A stretch of 64,000 bases of DNA from Mytilus trossulus (lineage: Eukaryota): NCBI RefSeq assembly GCF_036588685.1, contig NC_086382.1:48422001-48486000 (forward strand). Direction: 5' to 3'. Under the pieces are notes generated by a model that saw only the letters and a program-made list of their open reading frames with translations, did no database searches and was not told the origin of the DNA. The translations under genes and the position numbers were made by a program. The first letter of the stretch is position 1. Every line of letters begins with the position of its first letter. Below, in pieces: positions 25,088 through 36,200 of the stretch.

Positions 25088-28000
25088 ACCACTATGGGGT
25101 ATATTCAGTTGTATTGGATGATTAAATTTCACTCGCCACCTCTGAGACTATCGATTTCATAGGCCAACAGGAACCCGATTGTCATTTTACCCCCTTGGCT
25201 AATAGCACTTACCATCGGCGAGAGGTTAAAGTGTATGATTCTGAAAGTAAACATATACATTAGTACGTTTTGTTTTATAATTACATATCTGTTTACGGAT
25301 ATGTAATTAATCGCTTCACACCTTATTTTAATGTGATGTTTTACTTGATTATTTTATACTTTACCCTACAGGGCCTTAATAATAATTTGTATAAAATATA
25401 TACTCACGAAATGCAGATTTTATGATATATTTTTATACTGCAGGGGTAACATGACATTTGTTTATTTAATTTGTGGGAAGGTAGAAAGGATATAGACATC
25501 ACGTTCAATGTAATTTTCCATTAACATTTTGTTTGTTATAGGTATATTATAAAAGTTTACGGTGCAGTTTTTTACATACGGATAAGAATAAATGCTCATG
25601 ATTTCCATTTGTAAAAATAATATGATTTTTTTTAAATTTTACACACTGAAATTATTCATTGCTTCTTTTTTCAAATGAGTCTTTATCAATTATATGCAGT
25701 TAAAAGGCAAGTTGAAATGTATATAACTTTTACACAACTCTTAAAAATAAAACTATTTATATAATATTTTGACTTTTATACATTGAGTACTGGCAAGTCG
25801 TTTACCATAAGCACACATGCTATCATTTAAAAAAAAAATACATATCAAGTTAATTAGATACACTGATACATCATGTAAGATCAAAGTAGTATACCAAAGG
25901 GAAAACATAAACCAAGAGGCAATAGTAAACGACTGGGGAGAAGAAACCAAGAGTAAAAAAAGTTGTAAAATAATAAAAAATAAAAATCTGAAACATTTCA
26001 AACGTATGGAAAACAAATCAACAAAAGAAGCCTCTTGGTGTCAGATATTTTCGCTGTGTTGAACATCTTTTGATGGTCTTGTTCTGCTTCTTTGGTCTTT
26101 GGTCACATTGTTGTCTCTTTGACACATTCATTGTTTCCATTCTCAATTTCAACCATAACGGAACGGAACAGAGGATCAACAAAACACTACTTAGAAATAC
26201 AGCATGCAGCATCTGACGAACACTAAGAAATATCACTCATAACCAGGATGCTGATCTATACCTTTGACTTTGATAGTTATATAAAGCAAAAGTGTATATT
26301 CAGATCAAATGTTCACCCATACATGTTACTGGTAGAATATTATTCACGTATGTTTTGATTAAATGCTTGGAAAGCTTAAATTTATACAATAGCAAAAAAA
26401 AAACCTTCATAGAATAGGTTCCAATTTACCTGTGTTAACAACAGTAGTTTTAACTCTAAATCACTTCCACAGTTTTAAAAACAGAAAAAGACCCGAACGA
26501 AACATGATAGACATAATTTAAGCTTTGTGTCGACTTGACGATTTTGTCTCTTTTGGAGAGTTGTGTCATTGGAAATCATACATATCTTATATGTATACTG
26601 TCATTTACAAAAAATCTGCAATGTTAAATTCCGATCTGATATCAAAATTTTATTAAACCACTTTACGAAAAGATGTCTGTCTCTGCATTTGGTTTAAATA
26701 GAAGGTAAAAAAAAGGCCCTTGAATGATATTGAGGGGAACATGTCATTGGATGCAATTGTGACAGTCGCAGTTTTTCATTGCAACTCGGAAGTTCAAAGA
26801 TCGAAAGTTAATTTTTAGGAGCAAATCTTTATATATCATTATTAAAAGAAATGATCATCACAATCATAATATACAATGGGAACTTACTTGTATAAAGCTG
26901 ATTTAGAACATCTTAGATTTCATGTTATAAGACTGTAATTATAATTTGTCAATTAGAATACATTGCATACATCATGCTGACGTAATTGTCTTGCATGTTA
27001 AAGACTATTGTATCTAGTGCACAACACGACTTACACATTGGCTCTACTATTTGCCATTTGTTTTCATGTGTTTGGTATACTATATCATTTTCTCTCCTAG
27101 TGTGCATTCCTGTCAAACAGAACAACCAGCTATTCAATGTGTCCATGATCCATACACTTCACTTTCACAATACTATTAATTAGACCACTTCAGAGTTATA
27201 TTTGTGATATTGAAAGACTTGGTTTTGTTTGCTATTTTTGTTTTATGATTTCTAATTATAAATCTTGATTTTTTTAAGTAGCATACAAACATTTTACCTT
27301 GACCCATATCATGACCATATGTTTAAATGGAATATTTATTCTGACTGGAAAAATACCAGTTCATAAATGATTGATTTTTTCATTTGAGAAAGACATTGAT
27401 AAGCAACTCTTCTGTGATAGTGTAAAAATTGTTTGTTATTTTTTGTTTTTGTTTTGTTCTTGTTTGCTCTTGTTGTCAGAGCCATTTATAGTTGACTATA
27501 TGATATAAATCTGATGCTGTTTTTTTTCATTGAAATTATAATTATAGTAAAAAAAACGTTCGCAATGGCAATCATACTACATACCCTAATTTTTCTTTTT
27601 ACTAGTATAAAATTTCAAAATCCACAATGGTACAAACATGTATCAACTGAAAACCCTTATTTGCAAAGAAAAAAACACCACCGTAGTACACTAACAAGAA
27701 GTTGAATACATGCTCTTAAAGAAGATAACAGTGTTTTGTTGCAATCGACGAGACAAGCTCAGGGTTAAAACGTGACAAGATCTAAACAAAGATGTATATA
27801 ATGTGCTATTGTGTAATAAAAAAAAACCACCCAACTATGCTAAACAATATGTACAAAGGAACAGAAACACTAAACTGCATGGAACAAATGAAAGGAATTC
27901 AGCACAAAATGCATATACATTGTATGCAGTGGTAAATTGAGTTATTGCTAGTGATACCAGTTTAAAACAAAATAAGGTAGATATCACATAGGTTCTAGTA

Positions 28001-28297
28001 GCCTCGATGTAAAAGAAGTCTAAAATAAAACCAAAGCATTATTAAGTTATATAAATTTTATTGCAAGAAATCCAGCTAATGGAGCCTTCATCGAAATGTG
28101 AAATCAGGTAGCGTTTCGTTTTCTCCGTCCTATATCTCAGCACGTACACCTTAATAGACCACATTGTATCAGTCGAATTTGTTTGTTCGCTTTGTAACAA
28201 ATATCATTTTAGAGCATCTCCAACAAATATCGTCTTGAGCTGAGGATTTTACGAACAGTTGTCTGTCTTTTATTTGTAAACTCATAACGGCACATGT

Positions 28298-29944
28298 TCA
28301 ATCATTATCATGACACCTGGAGAATTTCCATAATTTTATATTCGTCTTAAGAATCTCTTCATCTGAACTTTCATCGCCTTCATCGTCACTCAGAGGAAGT
28401 ATAGAGACTATGCTGGTACGTAAATGAAAACCATTGGATTTTGAAAATGTTTCATCTTCTGTATCGGAATAATCACTCATATCTTCTGAAATGTCTGCAA
28501 TAATAAATCAATTACATTACGAATAACAGTGCACAAAATATACTACCTTAACGATGTGTTATGTTTTTCAAACTTAAATAATTTTGCTCGATTCGATAAA
28601 GTTGCTGTTCTGTTGACGTCTTACACCATATTGCAATAGTTGTAAAGTTGCATGCACACTGTAAGTTCTGTACTTCCTTAATTCTTTGTGATAATATTCT
28701 AAGTTTCTACTATTTTCCAAGAGTATAGACATACCAGTATCAACAATTTTTATTTAGAGAGCCTACACCAATATTAAATGTTGCATAATGTTTCAATTGC
28801 ATAAAAATCCCTGATTGCAATATATGGGCTTATGAACCATTTTAATATTCATTGGTTTTTTTTCAGAGATAAAATTAAATGATTTGGAATGCAAAATGTA
28901 TGCAAATCGTAAATGTGCAAACGATTTAGTGTGCGTGTTGCTGTTACAATGATGACAATATTTTAAAGAATATAATGGATTCCAATTTTAATATTTTTAC
29001 GAAGAAATGGTATCACCTTATGTAGGTATCTTTAAATAAAAGCTCTTTTATCATTTTTTTTTTAAAATAAACAATGCTATACTATCTGTTTATTTTTTAT
29101 CTAATATTATATACCCTATATTCCGTCATGACCAAATACTGTGATATTTCTTTAGTGGAAAATATTTTTTCAGAATAGTTATTTCGTTTTAAACGTTGAT
29201 TGTAGAGGAACATCTAGGCCAAAAAAGAAAAAAAAAGAAAAAGTCAAAATAGGATTGTTTTTGCTATTGGTCAAGTGTGATGACAATTATCTAAAGAATA
29301 ACACGTATGCAGACTCAAACGATTATTGTGGTGTTTAAATGTTCGCTTACAGTGCACATTTAGGTAACATGAAGTAAATAGCATCGTGTAAAGAAACACA
29401 CATACAACATACCATCTGAGCTTGAACTAGATCCAATATAGTCCTTGTGAAGCCACATAAAAGGTGGCACACTTTGTTGTCTTTTTGGTTTATGATTGTT
29501 GGTACATGGTTTAATCAACTGCCAACGCCGTTGATGGGCTATTTTCTGTATCGTTACATTGATATTCAATAATTGTTTCATTAGTTGTACATCTTGGTTT
29601 CTCATCTCAAGCTAAAATAATAAAAAAAAATATCATTTAAGAGTCAAAATAATTAATCTTAATCAAATGTATTTTGGTCAAACGTGAAATGCGTGTTACA
29701 TTTTGCAAGCATATTCTATTTCTATCGGGTTTGATACAAATATAGTTAGGATAGGTAAAGTAACATCATGTAGAAGTTTCTATTCGAATTATGTTTATCA
29801 TATATAGTATCAACAATAGATGAACCAAAACAATAAAACATACAACGAAGCACATACATACCAAACGGCAAACATATAACCTACCAAATCATTGCGTAAT
29901 GTAGCAATAGCCATATTTACTCTATCAGCACCATTATACTCCAT
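28298..29944 (-). CDS. LURAP1/FAM89-like small protein, paralog E (3 coding exons, 151 aa)
   Basis: Exons 29944-29885 (MEYNGADRVNMAIATLRNDL, donor GTAGGT), 29611-29413 (attttag/LEMRNQDVQLMKQLLNINVTIQKI...RQQSVPPF...SSSSSD, donor GTATGT) and 28494-28298 (attgcag/DISEDMSDYS...EEILKTNIKLWKFSRCHDND*). In frame, 456 nt. Confidence 0.85.
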
Positions 29945-32484
29945 CGTCCAACACTGTGTCATAAAAAGTAGTAGTCTACAATTATGTCGATGACATTGAT
30001 ATCAATCACGTGGACTATCTGAAAACAAATGTAGAATACTTAATACTTTTAATCTTTAAACAACGGGGCTTCTCATATTACCTCTCCTGCATACAATATT
30101 TTACAGATGTTTTTTTTGAGAAATTAAGTCACACGACGAATAACTTAGAATAAAAAAGACAACACAGTTGCTATCTTTGGAAATATCAAATATGGCATTT
30201 CTGTTTAAAAAAAGTGATTTGAACATTTGAACAATGTTGGATAATGGATTGTTCATTGGTGGATGACTGATTATGGTTGGCTTTGTTTTTGTTGATTTGT
30301 TTTGTTTTTGTTATAAATACAGAAGGCAAACACTACGCATCAAAGTTACAAAGAAATAGTTTTATAACTTCTGTTTACACAGCTTATATAAGGTGATTTG
30401 AAGAAAGTATTCTTTAATTATGATACCCATTTTAATACAACGATTCCCTTTCGGGATGAAAATTTCAGGAACTCAATTTTCTGCTCTCCCTTGACACCAT
30501 TTGCGAGTATGGTCTTTGAGGAAACGATGATAGTCCGTCGGAAGGGGACGATAAATGGCTGATCCGTGTTAAGAGAGAGAGCCATATCTCTTGCACGTTA
30601 AAGACACACTTGTAGGTTTCGAAAAAGAGTAGGCTAATGCCGCTACAAGGCAGCACTCGCAACCACAAAGTGGAAAGGGATTAATATAAGTTGTAAAACT
30701 TGTTTCCCAATCCACTATAAATAAATATGTTTAAACTAATACAACCAAGTCTGGAACATCTAAATCATACACAAAACTAGAAAATAGACCTAGTTTTCTT
30801 TATTTGGTTCTCTTATTTTCTTGACAAAAAACGAACTTTTCTGCAATTCTAATTCGGGTTATATACATATTGATCTTAACAAAAACAAAATTGGTAGTAA
30901 AATGAAAGGTTGCCAGATTTCCATAAAATGCCTTTTCTTTACATATCTCCTGCATAGAAATTCCACTATGAAATTGATACGACCATGGGAGACATTGAAA
31001 GCAAGGGTTCGAAAATTAAAGTCGAAATGTACGTTACGTAAATACTTATAACCATTATAGGGTCATGGAATAAATATAATAATAGTGTATTTATAGCGCT
31101 TGAAAATAAAATATAATTTCTGATATATCAATTAGTGTTTAAAACTTTTTTTTGAGATTGTACATTTGTAGAATGCTATATTTTAAATTGTGTCGTTTTA
31201 CATCCATCATAAGGAATTGGTTTATGTTTCCCATATTCTTTTCTGTTTAGAGAAGACGTTATTTAGTTCAAAATTTTATCTACTTCTGTCATATTTGAAC
31301 TATAAGTTTATGTTTAGACTGAAGTATATTTTTTGTTTCTAAATATATATCCGTCTCCCACTATATCTAGCAAGATGTTGATTTTTTACAGACACTTCAG
31401 AGTCTGTCTTTGTAAGCAGAGATTAGATGTAAGTGCATTTTCATGCACATACTGTACATTTCAAAACATACACCTGTTTGATGATGCTGGATAGTCGTGA
31501 AAACAAACCAATAATGAAACACACATTTATTAAATTTACATGAAATAAACTTATCATAAAAAGGACAACCAATCAGATCTTAACTAAATTAATCTTGAAT
31601 TTCTTCAATTCATGTTATTTGAACATTCATGGATGGTGTTTATACCAATCATACCACATTTCCTTTAAGAAGAGAAACAGTGCTGCCAGAAATTCAGTTA
31701 ATGTAATGAATCTAATATCATACCATAACCTTAATTACAAGGACAACCAGAACGGCTCATACGACAACTGATAGTTTTGAATCTCTGAATTGAAATCGTA
31801 TAACTTCATAATACACAATGATCTAAACAGCTCAGAACGAACTGAAGAGATGCATATTTGTTAAGAAATAAAGGATTCAGAAGTGTGCATATTCTCTATT
31901 TTAAAGGGTATTTTTAACCATGTGTTAAAATGAAGAAAAATAACATCTATATGTTTTATGCTATATAGGGTATCTAGGATTTAGCATATTTATAGACGGA
32001 AATGTGTGTAGGTAGCAATCGCTTACTTTGTATCAAACCCCTTCTTGTGTTTTAAAATCTCCTTGAAGTCATCACCATACCAGAACGAAATTAAATATGT
32101 ATATATAGAAGTACAAACGATAAAGTACATTTTTAGCTTTTATTATTTTAGAATATACATTTACATTAAATGTCTCATATGTTCAAACTGTGCTTCTGGT
32201 TGAACATTGTCATTGTTTTTGTTGTTGTTCTGTCAATGTCTAATCTTCTAATGTCTTCATTTACACTAAGAATATACTTATAATGTCTATGCCCTGTCTC
32301 TCTTCTATATTCCTGGAGCTTAGGTTTATAATCGTAAACCATTCGTAAACCATTTTATTTCCGACGCAGTCTGTAAACCATCGTAAACCATTTTCCTCCG
32401 ACGCCGAATGCATACTTTCATAACAGTTGGTTAGTACTTATGTAGTATTAATATTTGATTCGTGTTAATCAAACGTAATAATGT

Positions 32485-33120
32485 TCAAACGTGGTCAAAT
32501 ACATTTTCATCGTCTGATGTTTTGTCTTCAAACACGTCGCAATCGCTGTCAGAGAAATCGTTGATCTCGTCATCTGAAGATCCATATTCTGAACCTGATC
32601 CAGTGCTATTGATGCACAGAGCTCTGAAAGCTGCAAGTGTTCCCTTAAGCGGCATCGGTGTATCAATTTTACGCATGTCTGATGCAGAAATTATTCTCTT
32701 TCCTCCGCAGTTTGTATTACCACATGAACAAAACAGCTGACTGCATCTTTTAGATGGTTTTGTGCCCCTAGTCGTTAATTTCTTTATAGTTGCGTTGATA
32801 TTTAAGAGTTGTCTCATTAGTTGATCATCCTGAGTTCTGACTTTCATCTGGAAAATAAATATAGACCGTAAATAAGTTTGTTAGCACATTATATAACTGC
32901 AGCATAAATACTAATAATAATTCATTTTTTTTCTAAATTTGTATCTTCAGGTAAACATATTTTCTTTTTTTTAATTATAACTGGAAAATTAAAATAAATT
33001 GTTGCGTTATCATATCAATTGGACTAAAGAACATTTAAATGAAAATCTTACCAGATCATATTTCACGGTTTCCAGTGCCTCGCTGACTCTTTCTGTTGCT
33101 GCTTCGTATTGGTATTCCAT
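32485..33120 (-). CDS. LURAP1/FAM89-like small protein, paralog F (2 coding exons, 143 aa)
   Basis: Exon 33120-33052 (MEYQYEAATERVSEALETVKYDL, donor GTAAGA) and exon 32847-32485 (ttttccag/MKVRTQDDQLMRQLLNINATIKKL...acidic Ser/Asp tail). In frame, 432 nt. It lacks the NVKLWK motif. Confidence 0.83.
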
Positions 33121-33206
33121 ATTCAGACTTTTGAAGACTATTCTGTTTGATGCGTGTGCTTTCAATGTAAAAATATTTATGAAGATACGTTATGTTTCAG
33201 TCATTA

Positions 33207-33231
33207 TTTATACTATTTAGGAATGTAAACA
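33207..33231 (-). promoter_or_regulatory. TATA box with adjacent forkhead-type site, paralog F
   Basis: Minus strand TATAAA (33212-33207) about 87 nt upstream of the ATG, with TGTTTAC (FOX consensus) at 33231-33225. Confidence 0.45.
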
Positions 33232-36200
33232 TAGTCAGCATGGGGTAATGACATATCCTTTACTTGATTATTAGTTTGTTGTGAGTAAGAACAATGTAAT
33301 AATTTCCCTTCGGAGTATCAAGTTTCACATGTATTGTTTTTGTTGTAGACCGTTGTCTATTGCTCTGCATGAGATTCTCAGTGTGAGATTTTATACAAAA
33401 GTCACAGAAGTACACTGCCACAATGCTTAAGAATAGAAATTCCAATCGCTAAAAATAAATAGTAGCAGCTTGAAGGAGAAGGTGGTTAGCAGATACTTAC
33501 TGTGGTGTTAAACATTTAATTCCCATAAATCTCTCTTTCGTGTTGTAATAAGAAAATGCATCTCTAATCGACTTATTATGGCAAAAAGGACAAAAGGAGA
33601 AGAGGGTATACATTGATGAGAGATCTAATACATAAAATAATAAAAGGGTTTTGCTGTCGTTCAGGCTTCATTATCATATTGTGTACAGTCTTTGTAATTC
33701 GAGGAAAGTTCTGAAGTTTAAATGGTTCATAATGAAATTATTGCAAAGTTTATTAACATTGTTTTAGCTATGTTGTTGGACAAAACAGAAACATAAGATA
33801 ATGAAGGAACACTTAAAGCTCAAAAGCTCATAAGTAAAAGGGAGACAAACAAAATAATAACATTAAAAACTACAAAGAGATAAACAACAGTCTACAAATC
33901 AATATAAAGAAAAAAAAAGAGACTTATCTATATGAACCCCTCTAAAACTGGCGGTGACCACAGGAAGGAGTATCTGAATTGACCTGGTTCAACATGCACT
34001 TTGCATAAGTAATTATTCGAAGTTGCAAGTAAGCAGAAGGGTTCTAGTACATTATTGAACCGTCCTTCATTTAAAATAACAGCTAACTTCAAAAGTAAAA
34101 TAAGTTTTAAAAAAAATATTTGGATTTGGTCTTCTATTTAAGACAGAAGTAATAAAAGAACAGAAAAAGAACTAAGGAAAGTCAATCTGATTTTGTGTAC
34201 TACAATTTGTTCTATACCATTTTGGTGTTCTATCGACCAATATAAATTTAATGTATACTAACAAAATAATCGATTGGAATATGAGACAATTTGCTGCTGG
34301 ATATTCATAATATGCATCATATAGTTTCTATCGTTTCAGAGGAGTAAACACGACAAGATAAACTATTTGACCTCTGAAGTTGCAAAACGGAAGAATTTGT
34401 TTTTCCTAAAAGAATAAATATTAGAAGTGAATTCATTTGTTAATGAAGTAGAACATTTGAATCAGTAATGCCATATGTCAAGTTAACAGCATCCCATAAT
34501 ATATCTTTCTAAGACCAGTTTGACTAATGTGAATTGGGATAGTAACGGAGTCGGAGTTCAATGCCATTTTTTGTTTGTGTGTTTTAAATTGTAATCTGCT
34601 TTTGGAGATTTCGACAACGATAATACTATCGTGTGAACTTACATGAAAATATGAGTAACAAATTTAACCACAAACATTTTTCTCTTACATCACCAATACT
34701 TGATAACACCATATGACAAAACAATATTTTTTTCAAGAAATCTAACATGTATGAAGATATTAATGTAATATCACAAATATCTTTTTTTCCAGGTTGATAA
34801 TATTTTGTAATTTTCATATTCAAAGGGCCAAGGTTAGCCTTACAATATCGTCCCCTTTTAAACTCTAGAATTCCGTTTATGACACGAAAAAAAACCACAA
34901 TGTAATATTCGACCTGGCTGTAGTGCAATACTATTCATAGATATGTATATACTTGATAACAATGTTCTTTTGGCATGACAAATGTATTAGGTTTCATAGA
35001 TTCTATAATTGAACAGTTTTATATATCAAAGTCCCCCGATGCATTATTAACCTTTAATTTGATATCTTTGTTTTGGTAAACATGTCATAGATATCTTTGA
35101 CGTTTTTATAAATGGCCAAAAGTATTGATATTTTCATCGTGTTATAATAATGTTACACGTATTACATTTTGCAGCTTCTTATAAATTTATAAATATAAGA
35201 ATTTATAAATATAAGATGAGTATTATATAATAAATATGTGCATCAACTTTTCTTTGTATCGGACATTGTTTATGAGGGGGCATGATGTCCCAAATTTAAA
35301 GAATTTTTACATTTAAGACTTCAAAATTCTAAAAACTTCAAATTCCTCAATCGCTTCTATACAACAGAAAGGTGCACCGTTCGATTAGAAATATCAGAGT
35401 TCGACAAATTAAAAACATCCAAACACATTCATTATTTGTAGTGTTTTCAATTCTCATTAACGATAATTCACACAAGTTTCTACATTTCAATACTGCAAGT
35501 ACAAAGTCAGAATGATGACAGTTCTTATCCATTGGTTAATGTGTTTGAACTTTCAGTTTGCCATTTGATAAGGGACTTTCCATATTGAATTTGACGCAGA
35601 GTTTGGTATTTTTGTGATTTTACTTTTTCGTACAATACTATTTTGCAGTCAATGTGTGAACATCGGTGAACTTTGATACCTACTATGGATGAAACTTATT
35701 TAATTTACATATACTTTAAGTAAAACAATTTTAAATGATGAACATAATTATACTCAATCAGACTCACCAGTTGCTTTAAAAATGGGAAGTTTATGTTTGG
35801 TTATAAAGTTGCATTCACGCAATTTTGAATGAATTTATAAACATGCCATTAGATTTTACAAATTTCATAGCGTAAGGTCACGTTTTCTGCACCAATGAAC
35901 AGGTTTTCTACCATTGTCTCAAGCATATTACTTCCTTTAATTCATATTAAAACATTTTGATTTATTTACAGTATATTTAACAGTTTTAATATGTATGCAT
36001 AATTCATTATAATGTTTTCTATTGGTGGACGCTTTTGAAGTCCACCTTTTTTTCCACTGGGATACAAGGCAATGATTTGTGCATCTTACGTGTCATATTA
36101 CGCCATTTCTATAACAGTTAATGCAATTTTTAAACACTTCCTTTTATGTTTTGATAACAATTTCCGTCAATTTGTAATTAATGACATGTATTACATATTG

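Noticed and set aside
24989-25132. N-terminal extension of ORF 24725..25132
   Set aside because: It starts at a non-ATG codon and runs through the TATA box. The paralog alignment places the start at MANATERV (24988).
32331-32404. CGTAAACCAT short repeats in the 3' UTR of paralog F
   Set aside because: Best explained as local slippage duplication; not shared by the other paralogs.
32430-32487. Possible relic of the NVKLWKY motif after the paralog F stop (…LINTNQILILHKY*)
   Set aside because: Similarity is too weak to separate from chance, and the stop context is not a readthrough motif.
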